NCBI GenBank assembly: GCA_964019425.1
Contig: OZ025796.1
Location: 1,178,001-1,242,000 of the forward strand
Source of the DNA: Flectonema sp. DT1601
Taxonomy: Eukaryota
Reading direction: 5' to 3'
DNA length: 64,000 nt
Below the pieces are notes generated by a model. That model saw nothing but the letters and a program-made list of their open reading frames with translations. It was not told where the DNA came from and searched no databases. Every line of letters begins with the position of its first letter. Positions within the stretch are counted from its first letter, which is position 1. Shown in pieces: positions 23,734 to 36,004 of the stretch. Position numbers and translations under genes: made by a program.

Positions 23734-24085
23734 GACAAGATGCCGGCACTTCGAGAACAAAGCTATTATCTTCGGCGGTTGTCACATCCGCGCTGACACT
23801 CATTCTTCTATACAATATCTGAGTGCCTTCAAGAAAAATAATTTATGAACATAATTTCCACAGCTTACAAGGCAAATGTTACCAGAAACAGTCAAAAAAA
23901 ATAGAATTTTGAAACTGGTGGGCAGTTAGAGGGTGCCCCGGTGAGTGGGCTTGGATTGGGTGTTGGATGTCACAAGATAGCCTGATAAAAATAGGAGGTT
24001 GCAGACCCTCACATGTTCTTTCCATTAATCGATGTTATAATTTAAACACTATTGTCACAGTTTTCTTTTTATTATTACTATTATT

Positions 24086-24490
24086 ATGAGTAAACGAACT
24101 GTATCCTCTGCATCAATATCGTGGAACGAAAGAGAAGAACGAAATGAAGCATTGAATGCTGTTGCGGAAGTGTCGATGGAACAAACAAAAAGAAGGCACA
24201 TTCAATATAAAGCTTATAAAAAACAAGGATTAACTCATAAAGAAGCCATAGAACTGGTCGCTTCAAATAGTAGAAAGGAAGACGGCATTCAAGAGTCGAA
24301 ATGTCCAATTTGTGGTAAGAAAGTATTAGATAGTATTATTGAAGATCATGCATCTGATTGTGTAGAAAAGCAAACAGATTTACTTGAGATGGGATTTGAT
24401 GAAAATAAAATTAATAAAGCTTTACGATCTCATGAAGGGGATTCTGTAGCAGACATTTCAAACTATTTATGTGATGCTGAGGATACTTAG
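24086..24490 (+). CDS. Small protein with UBZ-type zinc finger and UBA domain
   Basis: CPICGKKVLDSIIEDHASDC followed by LLEMGFDENKINKALR (UBA MGF motif). Confidence 0.75.
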   Translation: MSKRTVSSASISWNEREERNEALNAVAEVSMEQTKRRHIQYKAYKKQGLTHKEAIELVASNSRKEDGIQESKCPICGKKVLDSIIEDHASDCVEKQTDLLEMGFDENKINKALRSHEGDSVADISNYLCDAEDT

Positions 24491-24575
24491 CAATGTGTAT
24501 TGTTAGATCTACGCCACTCCCCAAAGAATGTCTCAGCTGCGCATTATTTTTATTTATTTTTTCAGACATTACAAA

Positions 24576-25924
24576 ATGTCGGAGTCAGATGAACCAAGGA
24601 AGAAATCTGCTCTTGCCTGCGTGGCTAAGAGAATTCAAGCCGTAGCTGAGGAGCTTGATCCTGAGCTCTCCATGGATGTATGTTTTTTATTAAAAATAAT
24701 ATTTAGTGAGAAATAACTGCATTCTTAACAACCAAACCCAGGATTTTACTGTAACTAGAGTTGAGAGGGGAAAACGAATTGTTGTTGCGAGTGATGAGGA
24801 GTTAAATATTATAAATGTGTGTGTCTTTTGTATTATTTTACTTTACATTAAACTATTCTGATAATAAATTACATCAGGTACCAGCTGATATGATGGCAGC
24901 TCGAATCATAGATGATTTACAACCTAAGAGTCTTAATACGAAAACTTTTTGTATTCTATTGTGTGGAGACGTTGCCATTCGTTTAGTTGATAAACTAGTA
25001 GTCATAAAAGATGAAAGTAAAAATTTATATTCATTCGTGATGTCGGGATTTTTTTTTGAAATTACCAGTGAAGACGATGAAGATATTGAATACTTAGATG
25101 AGGCGCTCAAAGGATCTTCCGTCATCCTTCGCAGCAAAGGAACAAAAGCTCCTAAGGGAGTAATTCCTATTAAATTAACACCTGACGGCAACCTGATTGA
25201 AGGAATTGGAGAACGACTTGAACGTGAAATCGGAGGTTCAGCACATTTCTTAGCAAAACGAATTAAAGAATATCGCGGTGATGCCTTAGATAGATTAAAG
25301 GACTCTTCAAAAGCAATAAAAAAAATCACACCATCCAATAAAGAAGGAAGAGACTTACAAATAACTCAGGAAACAATTGCCGACCTAAAGAAATGTAAGA
25401 CAACTCACTTATCACTAAACTTGCAACTGACAAAAAATATTCTTCGTGCGATGGCAGAATTAGTTGGTAAAAAAGTTGGAGAAGAAGTCCACGAATCTAA
25501 CTTTGGTCAAGAATTAGCAAAAGAAGGACCCAACAACAGAGGGTTACAGGAAGCTCGTCGAGTGATATTAGCAACCTGTAAAGGAGCTGATAAATTATTT
25601 GATGCTCTCAAGGATGTTCCACGTGACATAGCCACAGTAATATCAGGTATTCTTCTTGATGTTGTCTCACACATTTGGGGACCCCGCGGTGCTGAAGTTG
25701 GAAAACATGTCTACAGTCTCTTGTTAGACATAATGATTGGTCACTGGAAAGCAAGATGGGCATTTCCATCTGCACTTGCTGCACATGGTATGAAGCACGC
25801 CTTAGTAGTGTTTAGCGATCATCCCAGCAACGCTGCTCTGGAACACATCTCTGCTAAGAATCAGCGTGCTGAGAAGGAATCTGAGCTAAAAGCACGAATA
25901 TTAGATAGCCTTGGCAAGTCATAG
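24576..25924 (+). CDS. Senescence/spartin-associated domain protein (3 exons: 24576-24677, 24742-24816, 24878-25924)
   Basis: Two phase-0 GT-AG introns give a continuous frame. C-terminal GADKLFDAL...DVVSHIWGPRGAEVG resembles the spartin/ERD7 senescence domain. Confidence 0.7.
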
Positions 25925-26349
25925 CATGTCGCTTGTGTAATTCAACCATAACACCATTGAGATTGATTGTCCATTCTGTACTGTTATCCAATGCTTAAGT
26001 TACAGCAAATAAGAAAAAAAAAAAAAAAAAATCTGGTTAGTTTCTTATTGTTATCTGTTTCTTAAGAAGTGGGAAGGAAAAAAAAAAAAAAAAAAAAAAA
26101 AATTATTGGCCAACGGCCATTTCAGTAGCAGCAATACAAATAGTGTATTGGAATAGATTGTTATTTTTTTTTCTTCCTTTTCCCCTTCTTTTTTTCTTTG
26201 TTGTTCGATAAAAATAATATTTTATCTATCTTGGATAAAAATAGTACGTTCATTTTTTTTCAGTTGTTATAAATTAAGTATTATTACCATTTTTTTTTCT
26301 CTTTTCTTTTTTTTTAAAAAAAACAGAAAATAATCAACTAGCAACAACC

Positions 26350-29300
26350 ATGTTAGTACTTGAGGGTAAGGCATTTCTCAGTCCTGCACAGATTACTGCA
26401 GCTCTTGCCGAAGTAAATGAAAAATTGCAAACAACAGTAGAACAGCTAGCTGTGAACTCTGTCCACTATATTCATTTAAAAGATGGAGTGAAAGACTTAA
26501 CTGACGAACAGAGAGTAACCGTTAATAACTGTTTAGATTTTGGGTACAAGAGAATTGACATTGAAAAGAAGTGCAGTGTTATTGTTCTACCAAGACCGGG
26601 TACCATTACCCCATGGAGCAGTAAGGCAACAGAGATTCTAGGACTCTGTATTGAAAATTTTCCTATAGAGAGAATCGAACATGGAACCGAATGGACCTTC
26701 AACAGACAACTAACAGACGATGAACTCACTGCTGTGAAACCAGTCATCCACGACAGAATGACTCAGGTTGTTTTACCACCAACTAAACAAGCAACAGAAG
26801 ACATGTTGTTCCACGTTGGTACCCCTGCTGAGCTTAGATCAGTCGACCGTGCTGTTGAAAGTTTAAATAAGGCAAATTCCGAGTTCGGACTTGCCTTAAA
26901 AGAAGATGAAATTGAATACATTGTTGACTCCTGGACTAGACCACCAACTAATGTTGAATTAATGATGTTCGCGCAGGTTAACAGCGAACATTGTAGACAT
27001 AAAATATTTAATGCCGAATGGGTAATTGACGACAAGGTTCAGGATCATTCACTATTCGCGATGATCCGCAATACTCATAAAGAGAACCCAAAGGGTGTAC
27101 TCTCCGCTTACAAAGACAACGCTGCTGTCCTTCAGGGTCCAACAGCTCAGCGTTTCTTCGCAAACCATACCACAAGAGAGTATGGAACGTCTGAGGAACC
27201 AATTCACATTGTAATTAAGGTTGAGACTCACAATCACCCAACTGCTGTTTCACCATTCTCTGGTGCTGCTACTGGAAGTGGTGGTGAGATCAGAGACGAG
27301 GGTGCCACAGGTATCGGAGGAAAGCCAAAAGCAGGTCTCTGCGGATTCAGCGTCTCACACTTACTGATCCCAGATTGTATTAGAGAATGGGAAGAAGATG
27401 TCGGAAAACCATCTCGTATCTCTTCAGCAATGGACATCATGCTTGATGCTCCAATTGGTAGTGCTCGTTTTAATAACGAATTTGGAAGACCAAACATTTG
27501 TGGATACTTCCGTAGTTTTCTTCAGAAGGTAAATGGTGAGATTAAGGGTTACCACAAGCCTATCATGCTGGCAGGTGGTCTCGGTAACATCCGTGACAAA
27601 GACATTGAGAAGAGATCAGTTCCACCAGGTGCTCATGTTGTTGTATTGGGAGGACCATCAATGTTAATTGGATTAGGTGGAGGAGCTGCTTCATCTATGG
27701 CTCAGGGACAGGCTTCTGAGACCATTGATTTCGCATCAGTTCAGAGAGACAATGCCGAGTTAGAACGCAGATGTCAGGAGGTAATTGACGCGTGTTGGGC
27801 TGCAGGTGAATCGAACCCAATCTTATTAATCCACGACGTTGGCGCTGGTGGATTAAGTAACGCCATACCTGAAGTCCTTCACGACTCTGGTCTTGGTGGT
27901 CTCATTGATATTAGAAAGGTTCCTTCAACTGAACTGGGAATGTCCCCAATGGAAATCTGGTGTAACGAAGCCCAGGAACGTTACGTCATTGCGTGTGATG
28001 AAGAAGGTTTTAAAACACTCGAATCGTTCTGTAAGAGAGAGAGATGCCCATACGCATCCGTTGGTAAAACTACTTCTGAACTCCGTCTCATTGTACACGA
28101 TCCTCACTTCAACAATAATCCTGTTGACCTTTCGATGGAGACCTTGTATGTGATATACTTTATTGTATTACTTATAAATATTATTGTAAGCCGAACAAAC
28201 AAACAAACAAACAAATATAAACAGATTCGGAAAACCACCAAGAATGACTAAGACATGCACAACCAACAAGCCAGCCTTCAGTGAAGTAGCTTTAAAGTGT
28301 GACGTTGCGGAGGCAGCTAAGAGAGTGTTGTCAAACCCAACTGTTGGATCAAAGAACTTTTTGATTACAATCGGTGATAGAAGTGTAACAGGTTTAGTAG
28401 CGAGAGATCAAATGGTTGGAAGATGGCAGGTACCTTGCTCTGACGTATCAGTGACATGCAGCAGTTACGAAGGAAATAATGGTGAAGCCATGGCATGTGG
28501 TGAACGTACCCCTGTCGCAGTCATAGACGGTCCTTCATCAGCCGGTATGGCAGTAGGAGAAGCCATCACTAACATCTTGGCTGCTGATGTCGCAACACTG
28601 AAAGACGTTCGCTTTTCAGCGAATTGGATGGTCAACAGCGGAAACAACGTCGACGACTACAGCCTTTTCAAAACTGTTGAAAAAATTGGAATGGATCTCG
28701 CCCCAAAACTTGGTATCTGTATCCCTGTTGGTAAGGATTCTATGTCGATGAAATCTATTTGGGATGATAAAAAGGTTTCTGCTCCACTTTCTGTCGTCAT
28801 CACAGCCTTCTCTCCAATTAGTGATGTTAGGAAAACACTTACTCCTGACTTAAAGAAACTGTCGACTGAGAGTAAGTTAGTTTTTGTTGATCTGGCACTT
28901 GGAAAGACAAGACTTGGAGCATCGATCCTTGAACAATGTTACAAAGAAATGAGTGGAACTGCACCAGACATGGTCTCGACTGATGCTATCCTGGCATTCA
29001 CTAAAGCAATGCATGAAGTTCGTAAGGAACCAATTGTGCTTGCGTACCACGACAGGTCTGACGGAGGGTTGTTTGCTGCTATTACGGAGATGTGTTTTGC
29101 AGGACGTTGTGGTGTTTCTGTTGACGCTAAGATGTCTGGTACTCCTTTAGAAGTATTATTCAATGAGGAGTTAGGTGTCGTACTTCAGGTAAGATCATCT
29201 GACATTGAAAAGCTAACAAAGACCTTCACCTCTGCAGGATACCCAGAAGAACATATTCACACTATTGGTGTTGTAAGACAGGATGAAGTCATATCTGTTG

Positions 29301-30458
29301 CTGTTAGTGGAAAGACCGTATTCGAATCAACTCGATCAGCTCTGCAGCAAATCTGGTCTGAAACGTCTTATAAAATGCAGCATCACAGAGACAACGCAAA
29401 GACCGCAAAGCAGGAATTCGATCAAATTGCTAACACCTCTGACACTGGTCTCTTCTCATCCCTTACTTTTGACATCCCAAAGCCAATCTCAATAACTGAC
29501 TCATCTCCACACATTGCTATTCTTAGAGAGCAGGGTGTTAATGGACATGTTGAGATGGCTTGGTCATTTAGACTCGCTGGGTTCAAGACCCATGATGTTC
29601 ATATGAGTGACTTGTTGTCGGGTTCAGTTGTATGTTATTTTATTGTTTAAAGTGTGAGTAGTGGGTTTTTTGTAGAAAATAAAAAATAATAATAATAAAA
29701 TCAATCACCACAGTCATTAACTAACTTTAGAGGAATCGCATTTTGCGGTGGATTTTCGTACGGAGATACCTTTGGAGCTGGTCGTGGATGGGCGAATACT
29801 ATTCGTGGAAATGCCACCACGTTGGCTGAATTCAAGGAGTTCTTTAACAGAAAAGATACTTTTGCTTTGGGTGTTTGCAACGGTTGTCAGATGCTTGGCT
29901 CTCTTTGGGACCTCATTCCTGGAGCTCAGAACTGGCCAAACTTTACCTACAATGAGAGTACCCAGGTATGTTTTTATTATTATTTATTTAATATGTTAAT
30001 ACAATTAAGGTTTGAAATACGACAAACAATTATAAAAAAAACAGTTTGAAGCTCGTCAGATCATGGTCAAGGTGACAGACTCAAAATCTATTTTATTAGA
30101 CGGAATGAGTGGAAGTGTGATTCCAGTTGTTGCTTCTCATGGAGAGGGCAGAGCAGAGTTCAGAACTGAAGATGATCTGTCGAAGGTATCCTCAGCAGTG
30201 AGTTACGTAGACTACAGTGGAACTGCTACTACGAACTTCCCAGCCAATCCTAACGGATCTCCACAAGGTATCGCTGGAGTAACGAGCGAGTGCGGAAGGT
30301 TCACTGCGATGATGCCTCACCCTGAACGTGTTATTAGAACTGTTGCTCACAGTTGGTCTCCAGATCTCGAACCTGAACCAAAAGAATCAAAGTGGGGTGA
30401 CTACAGCCCTTGGCTGAAAATGTTCCAAAATGCTAAAAAGTGGTGTGATGCTAACTAA
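26350..30458 (+). CDS. purL: Phosphoribosylformylglycinamidine synthase, large single-chain type (4 exons; introns 28146-28224, 29630-29713, 29966-30044)
   Basis: AQVNSEHCRHKIFNA, KVETHNHPTA, HDVGAGGLSNA, GKDSMSM, GGFSYGD, GVCNGCQM, SHGEGR and MMPHPER. Splicing restores LFGKPP and FEAR. Confidence 0.97.
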
Positions 30459-31190
30459 CAACATGTCTTAAAAAAAAATATACCCAAAATGTACCATTGC
30501 GTACGTTAAGACTTTTGTGATTGTCAGCCTCTCCTCACTTTGTTGTTCCCTTTTTACTTTTATTCAGTAACCTATATATATTTCGTTTTTTTTTCTTCCA
30601 TTCTCGGGGGTAGGTACTCGGGCACACAGAATACAGTCAGTATCAAGTGTACAAAGAAGGAAAAGCGAAAAAAAAAACAAAAATGCATTTCCAGGGTGGA
30701 CTCAGTGACAGTTTTTTTACTAGTACGTCCTACCGAAACTGGATTCACTCTTTTTTTTTTTTCTCTTTCCGTATTCTAGTTTACCTCTCTCGCAGAAAAG
30801 CCCTGGGCTTTAATTTCTTCTGGAAGAAAAAAAAAAAAAAAAACCGACATTTTCCCATTTCCATTTCCCCATTTCGTGAACGCGCAATAATTGGTATTGC
30901 CAGGTTTGATCATGTGCTTTTTACGGCAGAAGAAGTGCGAGTGCGTTAGTCAAGGGGATTCCCCTTGGACACTGCATCATGCTTCATCGGTAAGCAAAAA
31001 AGAAAAGAACAAAAAAAAAAAAAAAAAACAAACAAACAAAACGTGATGCCATCATTGAATTCTGTTATTTTATTTATTTTCTTTTTGAAATTTATTCATT
31101 CCTATTGAACTCATCGTTATCACCAGTGAAAAAGAAAATTACAATGAGATAAAACAAGACGACGAAGTAAGAGTGAACCAACAATACAAG

Positions 31191-32468
31191 ATGGGTAAGG
31201 TTTCTCTAGCGATAGCAATCTTATTGTTGGTAGCAGTTATGTGTTGGATCAGTTCTGCGATTCGACCTATAAAACCCGAATTAACAAAGAAATCAAACTC
31301 ACTTACAACACCTGAAAAACGAGACTTAAAATGCTTAACAAACGGTTGTCCAAAAATAGCGTACATCATGGGAAATAATGCCTTAACGATTCTATCAAAA
31401 CAAGGTTGGGTTTCGACACGTGAATTACAATCAGCAACACTCATATGGTGTCGTAAACACACTGGTATAAAACATGAAAAAAGAAGTCAAATTATCAACC
31501 AAATACCATCACCCCTACCCATTAGTGATAAAGCCTTTATGTGTAAACACACCCGATACTATGAAAGACAACATGGTCTGACCGATACCAGACTACCAGA
31601 AACAATCCTCATGACTACTACTGATGAAATGCGTTGGATATCATCTTTTTCAAAGAAGGATGAATCGAAAGGTATTTGGATCGTAAAAAGGACATCACAA
31701 TCAATGGGAAGAGGAATTATAATAGTAGAAAACATGTCGACTTGGGTTCGAACCCAGCAATTCTCTGTAATAGCATTAGAAATAGCAGCTGGTGAACGAT
31801 TTGTTTGTCAACGTTATATAAGAAATCCACTTCTCCTGAATGGTAGAAAGTCTGAACTGAGAATGTATTGGAACATAGCAAGTCTTAACCCACTTATCGT
31901 AGCCGTTCATAACGAAGGTCAGGTTAGGCTTAATAGTGAGGCTTATGAGGAAGGTGATTATTCAAATCCAAGAAAACACTTAACAAATGCTCATCAGCAA
32001 AAAGATCACCCGGAATATAAAGAAATGATGGCGACTGGTAAATTAAAATGGACATTTGACCATTGGAGATCACATCTAATATCTACTGGAGTTAGTACTG
32101 AAGTGATCGATAGAATGTTTGGGAATATGAAACTAGCAATAGTCAGGTCAGTGAACGCAACAAGAAACCACCTGATGGGAAAATCAAACACGATTGGGAT
32201 GTTTGAAATGTTTGGAGCTGATTTCATTATTGACGACCAATTTAATGTGTATCTCACTGAGATACAACAAGGACCTGGATTGTCCTTTACTGATCCAGTT
32301 AAAGGTCGCATTATTACAAGTGCTGTGAATGGTGCTGTCGACATGGCGTACGAAATCATGACTCGAAGACAACAGAATCAAACAATTGGAAATATTACGA
32401 CTCCACTTGGATACCAAATAGTTATAAATGAGGGTACAAAACCAAAATACTATCTTCAAAATAATTAA
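31191..32468 (+). CDS. Tubulin-tyrosine ligase-like (ATP-grasp) protein with N-terminal signal peptide/anchor
   Basis: WIVK...SMGRGI, CQRYIRNPLLLNGRKSELRMY, HLTN and FEMFGADFIID...LTEIQQGP; hydrophobic N-terminus VSLAIAILLLVAVMCWISSA. Confidence 0.9.
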   Translation: MGKVSLAIAILLLVAVMCWISSAIRPIKPELTKKSNSLTTPEKRDLKCLTNGCPKIAYIMGNNALTILSKQGWVSTRELQSATLIWCRKHTGIKHEKRSQIINQIPSPLPISDKAFMCKHTRYYERQHGLTDTRLPETILMTTTDEMRWISSFSKKDESKGIWIVKRTSQSMGRGIIIVENMSTWVRTQQFSVIALEIAAGERFVCQRYIRNPLLLNGRKSELRMYWNIASLNPLIVAVHNEGQVRLNSEAYEEGDYSNPRKHLTNAHQQKDHPEYKEMMATGKLKWTFDHWRSHLISTGVSTEVIDRMFGNMKLAIVRSVNATRNHLMGKSNTIGMFEMFGADFIIDDQFNVYLTEIQQGPGLSFTDPVKGRIITSAVNGAVDMAYEIMTRRQQNQTIGNITTPLGYQIVINEGTKPKYYLQNN

Positions 32469-32856
32469 CCACTCCACCTTGGCTGATGGAATGTCTTACC
32501 TCACTTGAGCTAATCCAGTTCTCCGTTGGAACGTCATTCGTGTTCTTATGTCAGTCGTGTTGACAATATGATCTTTTCAACGTAAAGTTTCTTCTTAAAT
32601 GTTTCTTTTTTTGTACCGACGTTGTCGGAGAAGCAACTATTCAGATTGAAAGCCGGTATTTCTTATGGTCATGATTTATTTTCCCCGTGCAACAGGATTT
32701 TGTCTGCGTTCAACGAAATATAAGGCTAATCTGAATGGTTTTTTTTTATATTTTTTCTTTTTTTATATAAAGAAAATGTCAGCTAGACCTCTATTTTTTG
32801 TGATTATTTCTTTTTACAGGAAAATAATAATAAAAAGAGATGCCTTTAAAGTAAGA

Positions 32857-33371
32857 ATGAGTACTTCTTTGTTAGAATGCTACGATGAGGACACACAAAC
32901 AGCAACTCGAACACAATGTCGATTGCTTCAACAACAACATGGTGACATTGATTGTGTTGTAAACCCTCGATGGGAGAATTACAACGCTCGAACAGTCGCT
33001 GAAGCAATGAGGGAAGATGAGGACATCTGTATTATTGTAAAGAGGAGTATTGGTACTTTAGAAGAGCGAATGTTAATAGAAAAGGCGAAGGCTGACATTG
33101 TTGCAGCGTCTCCCCCACAGGCTCCGGAATCGGTATTTTATTATGATATTTATTTGTGATTGTTTGATTTTGATTTTGATTTTTTTTTTTTTTTTTTTTT
33201 GTTACTGAGGGGATGCGATTTTTATATAAACCAACTCAAAAACAGCGTGCATCACTTAGTACGTCGCTACAGACTCAGGGGATGTCGTTTTTAACAAATA
33301 ATTTAGTGGTCCCGTTGGCAAGTAGACAGGTCTTGAATGCGCAATTCAAGCCACCGGCAGGAAGATTCTGA
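32857..33371 (+). CDS. Hypothetical protein (2 exons; intron 33133-33245)
   Basis: Coding-like ORF after a pyrimidine-AG at 32819. A phase-0 GT...AAACAG intron leads to an open second exon ending in TGA. Confidence 0.55.
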
Positions 33372-33449
33372 TTTCTGTTTGTGTGCACTCGAATTACTTG
33401 ATATGATTCCATAAAATATTATTATTATTTTTTCAAACATAGTCTAACA

Positions 33450-35828
33450 ATGTCTAACCGAATATGGAAGTACTCTTCTCGAAGGCATTGCGCTAGGAAA
33501 GCCTATGGTGGAGCTGGTTCTGTTGAGGAACCAGCTTCAGAAGCTTTTGGACTGAAACCGAGAAGTTATACAAATACGAGTGGACCTCTTGCAACAGAAC
33601 CACAGATTCTCGATGTCGATAATAAAACAATGTTTGAAGAAGTTGTATCAAGCGTTCAATATGAAAAAATAAAAACAAACTACGACCTTGACAGATCCTA
33701 CTGGTTCTCTGGTGACAGTAAAATATTCCATCCACCAGTACCTCCAAATATTACTGAGGTGTCAAACTTACAACCGTCTGACTTACAAGTCCCAGAAACA
33801 TGGGATGAGTTAGGACTTAGTAACGACTTTGTCGACTTAGCGAAAGAATACATCGGAGAGCGACCTTCATCAGTTCAGAAGGATGTCATCCCGGGAATGT
33901 TAAATATTAAAGACAGAGATATCGTGTACTCATCAGCGACTGGAACTGGTAAGACCATGGCATACATACTCTCACTACTTCAATTAATATCACGTGAGGA
34001 TAGAGGAGTTAATCTTATTCTAGTTCCATCAAAGCAATTGGCAATGCAGATATATGCTTTTGCTCTGAAGTGGTCAAAAAAAGGTGAAATCTACGGAAGA
34101 AATGATAGAGAATGGCTTCAGCTACATCTGTCTGATCCAAATGAAGATTCTGATAAAATGCATGAACAATACACGGCTTTAAAAAGTACCTGGTATGGAG
34201 GTCCTAGACTAGTGATTGCTCAACCTAACAGATGGGTTGATTATTTGATTCATTGGAGATTAACGTTACCGATTAGAAGAATTATTATTGATGAGGCGTT
34301 TACTTGTTTTGATCCAATTCATCCAACGAAGTCACCAATTCGAGAAAGGAACCATCGGAATATCCATCCAAATACAACCGACATAATTATGTCGAATTAT
34401 CTCGCTTTTCCGGCTTTTAAAACTCTGGTCAGGGCTCAGGTGATAATGCTGACAGCGACCTTTACTCCGGTCCTTGAAAATCATGTTGAACGATACTTAA
34501 AAACTGATAAGTGGGTTCACTTAACAACAAAACAACAATTTCCAGAACATATAAAACATAAGTTCATAAAAACTGAGAATGCTACTGGGACGCTACTGCT
34601 TAAAGCGAATGAACTCCTTCCTGAAATAAACAAAGCAATCGTATTCGTATCGAACACAGAAGATATAGATAGCGTCTATCAGGATATGTTGGAGTCTGGA
34701 TTGAAAACTAGAATGTTCGATTTATCATCGAGAGAAAACGCAACGCTTCCGACATCAGATTCATCATGGCAATTCCTCCTTCTTAGGGAAGGAGTGTCAT
34801 ACGGTCTCGACATAGAAGGGATCACTCATTGTTTTATTACACACTTACCATCATCAACTGAATCATATTGCCACATGGTTGGTAGATGTGGCAGGTTTGC
34901 AAGTCCAGGAACAGCCTACTCACTTGTTGGAAGTTCTGAAATAATAAAATGGGATCGGTCGATGCATCAATTAGATATTCCATTATCATCGAGGTTGGTC
35001 GATGAATCCGGAAAGTCTCTCGAAAATGAAGTTCTCTCTCTCCAAGATGGTGAAGCAAAACTTCTAATAGATGGCGAAGAACAACTAAAACAAAATCGAC
35101 TCGCAAAGTATACTGGCAAAAGAAATGTTCAGCTTTACACTTTAGCGAGACCCGCAGGATCCGCTTGGGAAAAAACTCAACCCGCGCACTCCCTACAAAC
35201 AATGTTGGGACAGCAGAAACTTCCAAATCACTACGTTGGACCAATGACTGCATCAGAGCTTGATAAGGCGAGAGATGATCACAAAAAGAAATTCATAGAA
35301 GTGGCATCCATGCACGGAATCCATAACAGATACAAGGCAATGTTCTTCCCGTATGCAAAAGAATACACTCAACAACATTTAGAACATCAAACGCATAAGT
35401 TTATGATGAAATGGGGTCGCAGTACTGGACGTGCAGGTAAATCTCGATACCAGAAACTGTCTGGGGTTATGAATTCTCAAATTCACAGAATGAGGTACTT
35501 GTTGGAAGAGAGACAGATGTCGAAGTTTAAAAGATCAATTAGTCTTGAACCCGATGAGAAGGATATTGTTCATCAGGGTATCCCAGTTGTCTCTAGGCGA
35601 TTAGTCGAAGGAAAGCCTTCAAATAAATGGGCGACTGTATCACATCTTTCATCATCTCCAATTGACGAATACTTAAAAGGAGCTGAACTCTTCGACTACG
35701 ATAAACATCAACAGAATGCTGTTAAAAAGGAGGCTGAACTCGCAGAATACGATGAACAAATGCGACTTGACAACAATAACTCAACACCACCTCTCGATAG
35801 TATCCCTTCGAATGTTAACAATGCATAG
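33450..35828 (+). CDS. Divergent DEAD-box-like RNA helicase (DEAF), probably mitochondrial
   Basis: Q motif PSSVQ, ATGTGKT, VPSKQLA, DEAF, TAT, YGLDI and HMVGRCGR; Arg/Ser-rich N-terminus. Confidence 0.85.
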   Translation: MSNRIWKYSSRRHCARKAYGGAGSVEEPASEAFGLKPRSYTNTSGPLATEPQILDVDNKTMFEEVVSSVQYEKIKTNYDLDRSYWFSGDSKIFHPPVPPNITEVSNLQPSDLQVPETWDELGLSNDFVDLAKEYIGERPSSVQKDVIPGMLNIKDRDIVYSSATGTGKTMAYILSLLQLISREDRGVNLILVPSKQLAMQIYAFALKWSKKGEIYGRNDREWLQLHLSDPNEDSDKMHEQYTALKSTWYGGPRLVIAQPNRWVDYLIHWRLTLPIRRIIIDEAFTCFDPIHPTKSPIRERNHRNIHPNTTDIIMSNYLAFPAFKTLVRAQVIMLTATFTPVLENHVERYLKTDKWVHLTTKQQFPEHIKHKFIKTENATGTLLLKANELLPEINKAIVFVSNTEDIDSVYQDMLESGLKTRMFDLSSRENATLPTSDSSWQFLLLREGVSYGLDIEGITHCFITHLPSSTESYCHMVGRCGRFASPGTAYSLVGSSEIIKWDRSMHQLDIPLSSRLVDESGKSLENEVLSLQDGEAKLLIDGEEQLKQNRLAKYTGKRNVQLYTLARPAGSAWEKTQPAHSLQTMLGQQKLPNHYVGPMTASELDKARDDHKKKFIEVASMHGIHNRYKAMFFPYAKEYTQQHLEHQTHKFMMKWGRSTGRAGKSRYQKLSGVMNSQIHRMRYLLEERQMSKFKRSISLEPDEKDIVHQGIPVVSRRLVEGKPSNKWATVSHLSSSPIDEYLKGAELFDYDKHQQNAVKKEAELAEYDEQMRLDNNNSTPPLDSIPSNVNNA

Positions 35829-36004
35829 ATCAACATTTATTTATTTGTGTTATTCAGATCAAATTTTCTTTTTTTTTTTTTTTTGCCGTAATAGGTCAAC
35901 ACTGACTGTACTCTACGACATCATTTAGTTTTCATATTGTAATTTCCTTTATATCTCTTTTTTTTTTTCTTTTTGTCAGGATTTTCATCATCAATAACAC
36001 AACC

